From positions 10,737-74,736 of the forward strand of contig CAWGPR010000003.1 of the NCBI GenBank assembly GCA_963824475.1: a stretch of DNA of 64,000 nt, given 5' to 3'. Made by a program: the position numbers and the translations under genes. The stretch is from an uncultured Alphaproteobacteria bacterium. GTDB lineage: Bacteria; Pseudomonadota; Alphaproteobacteria; Rhizobiales; Beijerinckiaceae. Under the pieces are notes generated by a model. That model did not search any database. It worked only from the letters and a program-made list of their open reading frames with translations, and was not told the origin of the DNA. Shown in pieces: positions 9,733 through 19,194 of the stretch (positions are counted from its first letter, which is position 1; the number at the start of each line of letters is the position of its first letter).

Positions 9733-9817
9733 ACATGATCCACTCGGTTCGATGGCGCAACGCATTACCGGCGGCTGCCGCCCGAGGCGCCTCCTCGCTT
9801 GCCTCGCAGGGCGGCTG

Positions 9818-10273
9818 ATGACCAGGGACCGCGACGCCCAATTGCGCAATCTGATCGCCGGCTACGGCGATTCGATCCGGCTCAGCGACATCAAGGCGAA
9901 TATCGCCGTGCTGTTCGTCGCGATCATGATGGGCACCGTTCTCCAGTTTCGCGCTCAATACCCCTGGTATCTGAGCGTGCCGGTGATTTTGGCGCCGTTC
10001 ATCGTCATGTTCTTAAATCTGCTCGTCTCCGTCTATCCCCGGTTTCCCCGCTCGGGACGCAAGCGGTTCCCGCTCTGGCGCGGTGCGAGTCCGGCGGATT
10101 TCGAGTTCATCGCCGATCCGGTGCTCGAAGCGGAGGAACTGCCGGTTCGATGCGCGCTCTTGTCGCGAACTCTCTATTGGAAGAACGTCACCCTCCAGGC
10201 CGCCTATCTGATCGCGATGGCGACGCTGTTCGCTGGCGGGGTGCTCTTGTTCGTGACCTGGCTGCGCCACTGA
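9818..10273 (+). CDS. PycTM/DUF5706-like three-TM membrane protein, paralogue 3 (most diverged)
   Basis: LRNLIAGYGDSIRLSDIKANIAVLFVAIMMG...YPRFPRSGRKRF...RCALLSRTLYWK keeps the same motifs and topology. The ATG at 9818 was chosen by alignment to paralogues 1 and 2. Confidence 0.65.
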   Translation: MTRDRDAQLRNLIAGYGDSIRLSDIKANIAVLFVAIMMGTVLQFRAQYPWYLSVPVILAPFIVMFLNLLVSVYPRFPRSGRKRFPLWRGASPADFEFIADPVLEAEELPVRCALLSRTLYWKNVTLQAAYLIAMATLFAGGVLLFVTWLRH

Positions 10274-10463
10274 CGCGCGCGTTAGGACAAGCGCCGAGCT
10301 GGCGGCGAGGACGCCGCGTTCGGTTCCGAGGTTTGACGGCACTGGTCATCCAACTTATGAAAGAGGCGCGCCCCGACCACCAGGGCATAAAAAATCAGAT
10401 ATCAAAGCTGGATTGACTGAGCCGATGCTGCGGCCGGCTTGGCTTGAACATGGGAGAGAAACG

Positions 10464-11726
10464 ATGCTCACGATCAAGGCGGCGCTTGCCGGAACCCTTC
10501 TCTGCGCGGCGGCGACGAGTGTGGCGTGGGCCGAACCCAAGACAAACCTGCTCAGTCAATGGTCCGAGGGCTCCGATGCGGCGGCGATCGCCAAGCTCGG
10601 CGAGATGTTCACCGCCGCCGGCGGCAAATGGGAACAGACTTCGATCGCGGGCCATACCGCCAACACGCTCGCCAAGCTGCGGGCCGACGTCGTCGCCGGC
10701 AACGCGCCGCCGGCGGTGCAGCTCAAGGGTCCGGAAATCGCCGAGTGGAACGAGACCGGCATGACCGCCAACCTCGACGACCTCGCCAACAAGGAGGGCT
10801 GGGACAAAGTCGTCGCGCCCGAGCTCTTGCCAGTGATGAAGCCGACCGGTCACTGGGTCGCCGCGCCGATGAACATCCATCGCATCAACTGGATCTGGGG
10901 CTCGACCAAGGCGATGGAGCAGGCGGGAATCAAGGAGTTGCCGAAGACCTGGGCCGAATTCAACGCCGACTGCGACAAGGCGGTCGCGGCCCATCTCATC
11001 TGCCTCGCCCATTTCAGTCAGGACTGGACCGACGCGACGACGTTCGAGGTGGTCGTCTACGGCCAGAACATCGACTTGTTCCGCAAGGCCTTCGTCGAGG
11101 GCGACACCAAGGCGATGCGCTCGCCCGACATGGTCAAGGCGTTCCAGCAGATGCGCCTGATGGTGTCGAAATACATGGATCCCGGCATCGCCGGCCGCGA
11201 CTACAACACCGCGACCAGCATGATCGCCAAGGGGCAGGCGGCGTTCATGATCATGGGCGACTGGCAGATCGGCATCTTCACCGCGGCGGGACTGAAGACG
11301 CCCCAGGACTACCAGTGCGGGCAGGCGCCGACCGACTGGGGCAAGCCCGGCTTCATCCTCAATTCGGACTCGGTCGTCTTCTTCAAGCAGAAGGACCCTG
11401 ACTACGTCGCCGGCCAGACGCTGCTTGCGCATCTCATCATGTCGCCGAAGTTCCAGACTGTGTTCAATGAGGCCAAGGGCTCGATTCCCGCCCGGCTCGA
11501 CATCGATCTCAAGGATTTCAACCCCTGTCAGCAGCAGTCGCAGAAGGCCTTGCAGGCCTCGATCGCCGACGGCACGCTGGTGCGCTCGATGGCTCACAAC
11601 ATGACCATCCTGCAGAAGTATCGCGGCGCGATCCTCGACACCATCACCGCCTTCGTCAACAACCCGAAAACGACCCCGGAAGAAGCCGCCAACGCCATGG
11701 CGGACGCCGTCGACGCGCAAAAGTAA
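10464..11726 (+). CDS. Carbohydrate ABC transporter substrate-binding protein (family 1)
   Basis: Signal peptide MLTIKAALAGTLLCAAATSVAWA and GGGAGAG RBS. Typical SBP_bac_1 length and composition (MIMGDWQ). Confidence 0.85.
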   Translation: MLTIKAALAGTLLCAAATSVAWAEPKTNLLSQWSEGSDAAAIAKLGEMFTAAGGKWEQTSIAGHTANTLAKLRADVVAGNAPPAVQLKGPEIAEWNETGMTANLDDLANKEGWDKVVAPELLPVMKPTGHWVAAPMNIHRINWIWGSTKAMEQAGIKELPKTWAEFNADCDKAVAAHLICLAHFSQDWTDATTFEVVVYGQNIDLFRKAFVEGDTKAMRSPDMVKAFQQMRLMVSKYMDPGIAGRDYNTATSMIAKGQAAFMIMGDWQIGIFTAAGLKTPQDYQCGQAPTDWGKPGFILNSDSVVFFKQKDPDYVAGQTLLAHLIMSPKFQTVFNEAKGSIPARLDIDLKDFNPCQQQSQKALQASIADGTLVRSMAHNMTILQKYRGAILDTITAFVNNPKTTPEEAANAMADAVDAQK

Positions 11727-11736
11727 GCAGTCCAGG

Positions 11737-11774
11737 CCGGTCGCGCGGCGCCTCAGTCGCGCGGCCGGTTCTTG
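11737..11774 (+). terminator. Hairpin (11-bp stem with one G-U pair, 10-nt loop) followed by TTCTTG; possible intra-operon attenuator after the binding-protein gene
   Basis: CCGGTCGCGCG (11737-11747) pairs with CGCGCGGCCGG (11758-11768). Confidence 0.35.
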
Positions 11775-12731
11775 CGTCCGATTGAACGCATGCCCATGTC
11801 GAACGCCCTGAGCGCGAACCAGGCCATCCAGACGAAAGCGGGCCTGCGCGAAAAACTGGGAGCCTGGACTCCGAGGATCGCGATCGCGCCCGGGGCGGTG
11901 GCGAGCCTCGTCTACGTGTTCGGCTTCACGCTGTGGACCCTCTACATCTCGGTGTCCAACAGCACGATGCTGCCGACCTACAAATTCGTCGGCCTCAAGC
12001 CCTATTTCGATCTTTGGTCGAACGAGCGCTGGAGGATCGCCTACGGCAACCTCTTCTATTTCAGCGCCTTCTATGTCGTCCTGTCGCTTGCCGTCGGTCT
12101 TGCTCTCGCCATCGCCATCGATCAGCGCGTACGGGGCGAGGCGGTGTGGCGGACGATTTTTCTCTATCCGCTTGCGGTCTCGTTCGTGGTCACCGGTGTG
12201 GTGTGGAGCTGGCTCTATAGCCCCGACGCGGGCATCGAATTTCTGGTGCGCAGCCTCGGCTGGCACGATTTCACCTTCCGCCTGATCACCAATCGCTACA
12301 CTGCGATCTACGCCATCATCGCCACCGGCGTCTGGCAGTCTTCCGGCTTCGCGATGGCGCTGTTTCTCGCCGGTCTTCGGTCGGTCGACCCGGACCTCGT
12401 CAAGGCGGCGCAGATCGACGGCGCGGGCCCCATGCGCATCTACCGCAAAGTGATCCTGCCCTCGATTGCGCCCATCTTCGTCGCCGTCGCGGTCGTGCTG
12501 CTGCAATTCGCCATCAAGACCTTCGATCTCGTCGTCGCTCTGACCCATGGCGGACCGGGGATCTCGACCACTTTCCCGGCGACCTACGTCTATGACCTCA
12601 TGTTCCAGCGCGGCGAGATCGCCGTCGGCGCGGCGGCCGCGATCATGATGCTGGCGGCGCTGGCGGTGGTGCTCGTTCCTTACGCGCTGTGGACGCTCTG
12701 GCGTTCGCGCCGCGAGGCGGCCCATGGCTGA
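11772..12731 (+). CDS. Carbohydrate ABC transporter permease (MalF/UgpA-like)
   Basis: Six-helix pattern. EAA-like loop LFLAGLRSVDPDLVKAAQIDGAGPMRIYRKVILP. Confidence 0.85.
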   Translation: MRPIERMPMSNALSANQAIQTKAGLREKLGAWTPRIAIAPGAVASLVYVFGFTLWTLYISVSNSTMLPTYKFVGLKPYFDLWSNERWRIAYGNLFYFSAFYVVLSLAVGLALAIAIDQRVRGEAVWRTIFLYPLAVSFVVTGVVWSWLYSPDAGIEFLVRSLGWHDFTFRLITNRYTAIYAIIATGVWQSSGFAMALFLAGLRSVDPDLVKAAQIDGAGPMRIYRKVILPSIAPIFVAVAVVLLQFAIKTFDLVVALTHGGPGISTTFPATYVYDLMFQRGEIAVGAAAAIMMLAALAVVLVPYALWTLWRSRREAAHG

Positions 12732-13626
12732 CGCGACCTTGGATCTTGCGCTCGATTCGCAGGCGCGCGGCGAGAGCCTCCGGTTCACCTTGCGGCGGGT
12801 CGCGATCTACGCCTTCCTCGGCCTGTTCGCGCTCATCTATCTGCTGCCGCTGTTCGTCGTCATCGCCAATTCGTTCCGCGAATTGCCCGAGATCACCCAG
12901 AACGGGCTGATCGCCTTGCCACACAGCTTCTCGCTGAAGGCCTGGCCGCAGGCGTGGGCGCATTACTGCGTCGCCGGCACCTGCGAGGGCATCAAGCGCA
13001 ACTTCTTCAATTCCCTCTATATGACCATTCCGGCGACGATCGCCTCGACGCTCGTCGGCGCGCTCAACGGCTACGTGCTCTCGAAATGGCGCTTTCCCGG
13101 ATCGGAGACGCTGTTCGTGTGCATTGTGCTCGGCGTGTTCATGCCGGGCCAGGTGGCGCTGCTGCCGTGGGCTTATATCCTCGGCGCGCTGCGGCTCTCG
13201 AATTCGGTCTATGGACTCATTGTCATTCACGTGGTGCAGGGGCTGTCGTTCACGACGCTCTTCTGCCGCAATTATTACGTCAACATCCCCGACGACCTCA
13301 TCAAGGCGGCTCGCATCGACGGCGCCGGTTTTTGGCGCATCTTTTTCAAGATCATCCTTCCCCTGTCGCCCCCGATCCTCATCGTCACCGTGATCTGGCA
13401 GTTCACCGGCATCTGGAACGAATTTCTGTTCGGCGTCGTTTTCACCGGCGGAACCCAGCAGCCGATCACGGCGGCGCTGGTCGCGCTCGCGACCAGCCAG
13501 ATGAACGCCCATCCTTACGATGTCGCGAGCGCTGCGGTGATGATCGGGGCCATTCCGCCGCTCCTGATCTATCTCTTCGGCGGCAAGTATTTCGTTCGCG
13601 GACTGACCCAGGGCGCCATCAAATGA
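12724..13626 (+). CDS. Carbohydrate ABC transporter permease (MalG/UgpE-like)
   Basis: NYYVNIPDDLIKAARIDGAGFWRIFFKIILPLS EAA loop. Overlaps the upstream permease by 8 nt. Confidence 0.85.
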   Translation: MADATLDLALDSQARGESLRFTLRRVAIYAFLGLFALIYLLPLFVVIANSFRELPEITQNGLIALPHSFSLKAWPQAWAHYCVAGTCEGIKRNFFNSLYMTIPATIASTLVGALNGYVLSKWRFPGSETLFVCIVLGVFMPGQVALLPWAYILGALRLSNSVYGLIVIHVVQGLSFTTLFCRNYYVNIPDDLIKAARIDGAGFWRIFFKIILPLSPPILIVTVIWQFTGIWNEFLFGVVFTGGTQQPITAALVALATSQMNAHPYDVASAAVMIGAIPPLLIYLFGGKYFVRGLTQGAIK

Positions 13627-13636
13627 CCGGGCAATC

Positions 13637-14761
13637 ATGGCGACGCTGACCATCTCGCGGCTCTTCAAGCGGTTCGGCTCGGTCGAGGTCCTCAAGGGCA
13701 TCGATCTCGAGGCGCAGACGGGCGAGTTCGTCGCCCTCGTCGGGCCATCGGGCTGCGGCAAGTCGACTCTGCTCGCGATGATCGCCGGCCTCGAGAGCGT
13801 GAGCCAGGGCGAAATCCGCATCGACGGAACCCTCGTCAACGCGGTCGCGCCCAAGGACCGCGACATCGCCATGGTGTTCCAGTCCTACGCGCTTTACCCG
13901 ACGATGACCGCGCGCCAGAACATGACCTTCGGCATGGAGAGCCGCGGCGTGCCGAAGGCCGAGCAGGACGTTGCGATCAAGCGCGTCGCTTCGCTGTTGC
14001 AGATCGAGCCGCTGCTCAACCGCAAGCCCGGCCAGTTGTCGGGCGGGCAGCGCCAGCGCGTCGCCATGGGGCGCGCGCTGGTGCGCGATCCGAAGCTCTT
14101 TCTGTTCGACGAGCCATTGTCCAATCTCGACGCCAAGCTGCGCGTCGACATGCGCACCGAGATCAAGAAGCTCCACCTGAGGGTCGGCAAGACCACCATC
14201 TACGTCACCCATGACCAGATCGAGGCGATGACGCTCGCCTCCCGCATCGCCGTCATGCACCAGGGCTCGATCCAGCAATTCGACGAGCCGCAGGCCGTCT
14301 ACGACCGCCCCGCCAACATGTTCGTCGCCGGCTTCATGGGCTCGCCGTCGATGAATTTCATCCCCGGCGAACTGACGAAGCTCGACGGCTGCCCTGCGGT
14401 TCAGATCGCGCTTGGCCACGGCGAAACGGCGACGCTGCCGCTGCCGCAAACGCCCGCGTCCGTCCCCGCGAACGGCAAGGTTGTGCTGGGGGTGCGGCCG
14501 GAGCACCTGTTTCGCTATGATCCGAGCCTGAAGGCGCAGAAGGCGGGGCTTGCGATGCTGACCGCGCCCGTCGAAGTGGTCGAGCCAACCGGCGCCGAAA
14601 CCCATGCGGTGTTGAAGGTCGGCGAGCAGGAGATTGTCGGGCGCTTCGACCCCGACGGCGCGCCTCGCCTCGGCGAACTGTTGCCGCTCGGAATCGACAT
14701 GGGCCATGCGTGCCTGTTCGATCCCGACACACAAGCCCTCATTCCGCAGGTCGCCGCTTGA
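13637..14761 (+). CDS. ABC transporter ATP-binding protein (MalK/UgpC-like)
   Basis: Walker A GPSGCGKST, signature LSGGQRQRVA, Walker B LFLFDEPLS. C-terminal TOBE-like domain. Confidence 0.9.
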   Translation: MATLTISRLFKRFGSVEVLKGIDLEAQTGEFVALVGPSGCGKSTLLAMIAGLESVSQGEIRIDGTLVNAVAPKDRDIAMVFQSYALYPTMTARQNMTFGMESRGVPKAEQDVAIKRVASLLQIEPLLNRKPGQLSGGQRQRVAMGRALVRDPKLFLFDEPLSNLDAKLRVDMRTEIKKLHLRVGKTTIYVTHDQIEAMTLASRIAVMHQGSIQQFDEPQAVYDRPANMFVAGFMGSPSMNFIPGELTKLDGCPAVQIALGHGETATLPLPQTPASVPANGKVVLGVRPEHLFRYDPSLKAQKAGLAMLTAPVEVVEPTGAETHAVLKVGEQEIVGRFDPDGAPRLGELLPLGIDMGHACLFDPDTQALIPQVAA

Positions 14762-15519
14762 CGTTCGCCACCTATCCGAGCCTCGCCGGACGCACGGTGT
14801 TCGTCAGCGGCGGCGCGACCGGCATCGGCGCCGACATCGTGCGCGCCTTCGCGGCCAATCACGCGCATGTCGCCTTCGTCGACGTCCAGCGCGCAGAGGG
14901 CGAGCGAATCGCGGCGGCGGCCAAGGCCGAGGGCGGGACGGCGCTCTTTCTCCCTTGCGACGTGACCGACATTCCTGCGCTGCAAGCACGAATCGCGGAG
15001 GCGCACGCGAAGCTTGGGCCCATCGCGGTCCTGGTCAACAACGCGGCCAATGATGAGCGCCACGCGGTCGCCGACGTGACCGCCGACTACTGGGACCGGG
15101 CCCAGAACGTGAATCTTCGGCATCACTTCTTCCCCGCCCAGGCCGTCCACCCGCAGATGCGCGAACTTGGGCACGGCTCGATCATCAATCTCTCGTCGAT
15201 CGCCTGGCGCGGCGCGGCCGAGATGCCGGCTTACGCCACCGCCAAGGCCGGGGTCATCGGCCTCACCCATGCGCTGGCGCGCGCGTTCGGCTCCGATAAC
15301 ATTCGCGTGAACGCGATCGAGCCTGGGGCGGTGATGACCGATCGGCAGCGGCGGCTGTGGTACAAGACGCCGGAATCGATCGACGCGATCGTCAAGCGCC
15401 AGGCCATAAAGTCGGCGCTCATCGGCGAGGACATCGCGCGCATGGCGCTCTTTCTCGCCGCCGACGACAGCCGCATGGTCACCAAGCAGTCGATCACCGT
15501 CGATGCGGGGCTTCGATGA
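14758..15519 (+). CDS. Short-chain dehydrogenase/reductase (SDR)
   Basis: VFVSGGATGIGADIV glycine motif, NNAA, YATAKAG catalytic YxxxK. The TTG start at 14758 is tentative and overlaps the upstream stop. Confidence 0.8.
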   Translation: MTFATYPSLAGRTVFVSGGATGIGADIVRAFAANHAHVAFVDVQRAEGERIAAAAKAEGGTALFLPCDVTDIPALQARIAEAHAKLGPIAVLVNNAANDERHAVADVTADYWDRAQNVNLRHHFFPAQAVHPQMRELGHGSIINLSSIAWRGAAEMPAYATAKAGVIGLTHALARAFGSDNIRVNAIEPGAVMTDRQRRLWYKTPESIDAIVKRQAIKSALIGEDIARMALFLAADDSRMVTKQSITVDAGLR

Positions 15520-16541
15520 ATGAAATTGCGAAGGCGCTTCAGCCGGAGGCGCGCGGGCAGGCGTTCGCCTTCGGTCTCAATCCGTATGGCCTGACTTATC
15601 ATCTCGGCCTGCAAGGCGCGGGCGGACCGCGCGCGAACCCCAGGGGCGCGGGCCTCGAAGGCTTCATCGCGATCGCGACCGAGCTTGGCGCGAGCGTTCT
15701 CGAGATCTACGACCCATGGCTAAGGGCGCTGAGCGACGATGAGCTCCGCGCGCTGCGCGACCGGCTCGCTGGCTCCGGTATGACTCCGATCGTCAGTTCC
15801 GGGCTGATGATGGGTCCGTTCGAGAGCGCGCTGCGCTCGGCCCGCATTCTCGACGCCAAAATCATCCGTCATGGCCTGACCAATGTCCTGTGCGGCGACC
15901 GTCACGCGCTTGGCGACAAGTGGAGAGAGCTCGTCGCGGAGGTTCGCGCCGCGCTCGCTGACCGCGGCCCGCGCGCGTCGGACGAAGGCCGAGTTCTGGC
16001 GATCGAGAATCATCAGGACTTCGGCAGCGACGAGCTTGCGCAATTCTGCGAAACGACGCGCGGGGTCGGCGTCTGTCTCGACACCGGCAACACGTTTCCG
16101 GTCGCCGAGGCGCCGCTCGACTTCGTCCGCCGCGTCGGTAGCCATGTGCGGCATGTGCATCTGAAGGACTACCGCGTGCAGTTCACCGACGAGGGCTATC
16201 GCCTGGTGCGTTGCGCCATCGGCGATGGCGCCGTCCCGATGGCGGCCATGCTGGACATCCTGGCGGGGCAGGGCCGGAAGCTCGGCGCGGTGCTCGAGCC
16301 GGGAGCGCTGGAGGCGCGGCACGTGCGGTTTCTCCGTCCGGAATGGTGGCGCTTCTATGCGCCCAAGTCCGCGCCCGCGCTCGCCGCCTGCCTCGCCGCC
16401 GCGCGGGTCAACCGCCTCGCCGACGAGGCCGACTACCGCACGCCCTGGGAGCGCGGCGAGGATCATGCGATCGCCGACTACGAGCTCAACATGATCCGCC
16501 GCAGCGCCCGCAACATGCGCGCGCTCGGCCTTGGCGCTTAA
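15516..16541 (+). CDS. Sugar phosphate isomerase/epimerase (xylose isomerase-like TIM barrel) family protein
   Basis: AIENHQDF, CLDTGN and HVHLKD motifs typical of AP_endonuc_2/TIM-barrel enzymes. The ATG overlaps the SDR stop (ATGA). Confidence 0.7.
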   Translation: MNEIAKALQPEARGQAFAFGLNPYGLTYHLGLQGAGGPRANPRGAGLEGFIAIATELGASVLEIYDPWLRALSDDELRALRDRLAGSGMTPIVSSGLMMGPFESALRSARILDAKIIRHGLTNVLCGDRHALGDKWRELVAEVRAALADRGPRASDEGRVLAIENHQDFGSDELAQFCETTRGVGVCLDTGNTFPVAEAPLDFVRRVGSHVRHVHLKDYRVQFTDEGYRLVRCAIGDGAVPMAAMLDILAGQGRKLGAVLEPGALEARHVRFLRPEWWRFYAPKSAPALAACLAAARVNRLADEADYRTPWERGEDHAIADYELNMIRRSARNMRALGLGA

Positions 16542-16558
16542 GACTGGAGACTGATGGC

Positions 16559-17368
16559 ATGACCAAAGAGCTCGCTGGCAAGATCGCGTTCGTCACCGGC
16601 TCGGGCCGCGGGCTCGGGCGCGTGATGGCGGATCGATTGGCCGAGCTCGGCGCGGACGTGGCGATCCATGACCTCACCTGGACCGCGCCCGCAAAGTATG
16701 GCGAGGCGGCCGATCTCGACGCCGTGGCCAAGGTGATCGGCCGGCATGGCGGAAGGGTCGCGGCGGTCAGCGGCAATATCGGCGACAAGGCGGCGGTCGC
16801 GAAAATGAGGCAAGAGATCGAAGCCAAGCTTGGCAGGGTCGACATCCTGGTCAATTGCGCCGGCGGCGACATCGGCGCCAAGGGGGGCAAGCCCGAGCCG
16901 AACGACGCGCTCGGCATTCCGCTCGAGGACATCAGGGCGCTGACCGAGAACAACCTCTATGGCACGATCCTCGTCTGTCAGGCGTTCGTGCCGCCGATGG
17001 TGAAGGCGGGGAGCGGATCGGTGATCAACATCGGCTCGGCCGCGGCGCAATTCGGGGTGACGAACGGGGTCATCTATGCGGCGCTCAAGGCCGCGGTCAT
17101 CCACTATACGCGTTGCCTCGCCAAGGAGCTCCGCACCGAAGGCGTGCGCGTCAATGCGGTGAGCCCGGGCGCGACCAAGACGGCGCGCTTCGAGGCGACG
17201 CGGGCCGTCGATCCCACGATGATGGATTCGTCGATCAAGTCGCTCATCCGTTATGGGGAGCCGGACGAGATGGCCGACGCGGTCGCCTTCCTCGCCGGTC
17301 CGCGGAGCAAATATATCAGCGGCCAGGTGCTTCGGGTCGACGGCGGCGAAACGCTGTTCCCTGGATGA
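16559..17368 (+). CDS. SDR family oxidoreductase
   Basis: KIAFVTGSGRGLGRVMA, NCAG, YAALKAAV. GGAGA RBS. Confidence 0.85.
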   Translation: MTKELAGKIAFVTGSGRGLGRVMADRLAELGADVAIHDLTWTAPAKYGEAADLDAVAKVIGRHGGRVAAVSGNIGDKAAVAKMRQEIEAKLGRVDILVNCAGGDIGAKGGKPEPNDALGIPLEDIRALTENNLYGTILVCQAFVPPMVKAGSGSVINIGSAAAQFGVTNGVIYAALKAAVIHYTRCLAKELRTEGVRVNAVSPGATKTARFEATRAVDPTMMDSSIKSLIRYGEPDEMADAVAFLAGPRSKYISGQVLRVDGGETLFPG

Positions 17369-17402
17369 GCAACGGCTGAGAACATGAGCAGGAGGGCGAA
17401 GA

Positions 17403-18155
17403 GTGTCGGACGCCAAGCGTTTTGAGGGCATGACGGCGGTGGTGACGGGTGGCGCTTCGGGCATCGGGCTCGCCGTCGCCAAGCGGATCGCCGCCGAGGG
17501 CGGGCGGGTCACGATCTGGGACCAGGATCCCGCGCGGTTGAAGGCGGCGATCGCGGAAATCGGCGCCCAAAGCGGGCGAGCTGACCGGGTCGACGTCACC
17601 GACCCGAGCGCCGTCGAGCGCGCGACCTTGGCCGCCGTCGCGGAGATGGGGCATATCGACATCCTCGTCTGCTCGGCGGGCGTGGCGGGCCAGAACGCCC
17701 TCGTCATCAATTACCCGATCGAGGAATGGAAGCGCGTCTTCGACATCAACGTCAACGGCCTCTTCTACTGCAACCGCTTTGTCGCCAAGCTCATGAAGGA
17801 GCGAGGCTACGGGCGCATCGTCAACATCGCCTCGATCGCCGGCAAGGAGGGCAATCCGACCGCCTCCGCCTACAGCGCCTCGAAGGCCGCGGTCATCGGC
17901 CTCACCAAGTCGCTCGGCAAGGAGCTCGCCAAGGACGGCGTCTGCGTGAACACGATCACGCCCGCGACGATCGAGACGCCGATCCTCGCGCAAGTCTCGG
18001 ACGCCCATATCGCCTACATGCGCTCCAAGATTCCGATGGAGCGGTTCGGCACGGTCGAGGAAGCCGCTGCGCTCATCTGCTGGCTGGCGAGCCGCGAGTG
18101 CTCGTTCACCACCGGCGCCGTGTTCGATCTCTCGGGCGGCCGCGCCACGTATTGA
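17403..18155 (+). CDS. SDR family oxidoreductase
   Basis: TAVVTGGASGIGLAVA, CSAG, YSASKAAV. Confidence 0.85.
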   Translation: MSDAKRFEGMTAVVTGGASGIGLAVAKRIAAEGGRVTIWDQDPARLKAAIAEIGAQSGRADRVDVTDPSAVERATLAAVAEMGHIDILVCSAGVAGQNALVINYPIEEWKRVFDINVNGLFYCNRFVAKLMKERGYGRIVNIASIAGKEGNPTASAYSASKAAVIGLTKSLGKELAKDGVCVNTITPATIETPILAQVSDAHIAYMRSKIPMERFGTVEEAAALICWLASRECSFTTGAVFDLSGGRATY

Positions 18156-18162
18156 GGCTGAC

Positions 18163-19194
18163 GTGAGCGCCGAGGATGTGCGCAAGCGCAATCGTGCGTC
18201 TATTGAGATGGGCGATTTGATCGAGCCTCTGCGCCGCATGGGCCTCCTGAGAGTCGGAGAATCCGCCAGTGTCACACCTCTGACCGGCGGAGTGTCCTCG
18301 GACATCTCGCTTGTCGAGGCTGGCGGGCGGCGCTTCTGCGTCAAACGCGCGCTGCCGAGGCTCAAGGTCGCCGCCACGTGGGAGGCCCCGGTCGAACGCA
18401 ACGCGGCTGAGGCGGCTTATATGCGCACGGTAGCGCGCTGGCTCCCGCGCGCCGTTCCGCGCGTCCTCGGCGAGGACGCGAGGGCAGGGTGGTTCGCGAT
18501 GGACTATCTCGCGCCCGAGCAGCATCGCTTATGGAAGACGCAACTTCTCGCCGGGATCGTGGAAGTGGATTTCGCCGCTGCGGTCGGGCGCGATCTTGGC
18601 CTCATCCATGCGCGGAGCGCCGCCGATCCGAACATTCCGGCCGCGTTCGCCAACGACTGCACGTTCGAGGCGATCCGCATCGAGCCCTACCTGCGCGCGA
18701 CGGGCCATGCCCACCCTGAGCTTGCGGCGCGCTTTGACGAACTCGCACAGACGACGCTCACGACCAAGCGCGCGCTGGTTCACGGCGACGTCAGTCCGAA
18801 GAACATCCTTTGCGGCCCGGCCGGACCGGTGTTCCTCGACGCCGAATGCGCCTGGTTCGGCGATCCCGCGTTCGATCTCGCCTTCTGTCTCAATCATCTT
18901 TTGCTCAAGGGCGCGCGCGAGGGCGCCAACCGGACGCGCTATGGCGCGGCCTTTTCGGCGCTTGCGGGCGCTTATCTCGCCGGCGTCGATTGGGAGAGCG
19001 CGGACGGCCTCGAAGCGCGCGCGGCCGGCTTGCTGCCGGCTTTGTTCCTCGCCAGGGTCGACGGAAAGTCGCCGGTCGAATACCTCACCCGCGAGAGCGA
19101 GCGCGTGGCGGTGCGCCAATGCGCCGCGCCGCTGATCGCCGATCCGCCGCGCCGCCTGATGGACGTGGCCGACGCCTGGGGCAGTGCGCGATGA
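18163..19194 (+). CDS. Aminoglycoside-phosphotransferase-fold (APH/MtnK-like) small-molecule kinase
   Basis: Brenner motif HGDVSPKNIL and LDAECAWFGDPAFDLAF. Confidence 0.75.
   Translation: MSAEDVRKRNRASIEMGDLIEPLRRMGLLRVGESASVTPLTGGVSSDISLVEAGGRRFCVKRALPRLKVAATWEAPVERNAAEAAYMRTVARWLPRAVPRVLGEDARAGWFAMDYLAPEQHRLWKTQLLAGIVEVDFAAAVGRDLGLIHARSAADPNIPAAFANDCTFEAIRIEPYLRATGHAHPELAARFDELAQTTLTTKRALVHGDVSPKNILCGPAGPVFLDAECAWFGDPAFDLAFCLNHLLLKGAREGANRTRYGAAFSALAGAYLAGVDWESADGLEARAAGLLPALFLARVDGKSPVEYLTRESERVAVRQCAAPLIADPPRRLMDVADAWGSAR

Noticed and set aside
8461-10273. Tandem repeated structure considered as a CRISPR-like or satellite array
   Set aside because: The units are about 660 bp, protein-coding and diverged. 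There are no short direct repeats with unique spacers.
10395-12788. 797-aa ORF on the minus strand spanning the sugar ABC transporter genes
   Set aside because: It is antisense to three well-recognised plus-strand genes. The translation is Arg/Gly/Asp/His-rich low-complexity sequence, typical of the open antisense frame in high-GC DNA. The same reasoning applies to 58811-60619(-), 42203-43567(+), 27732-28868(+), 24519-25574(+), 36510-37676(+), 4847-5836(-) and 16538-17710(-).
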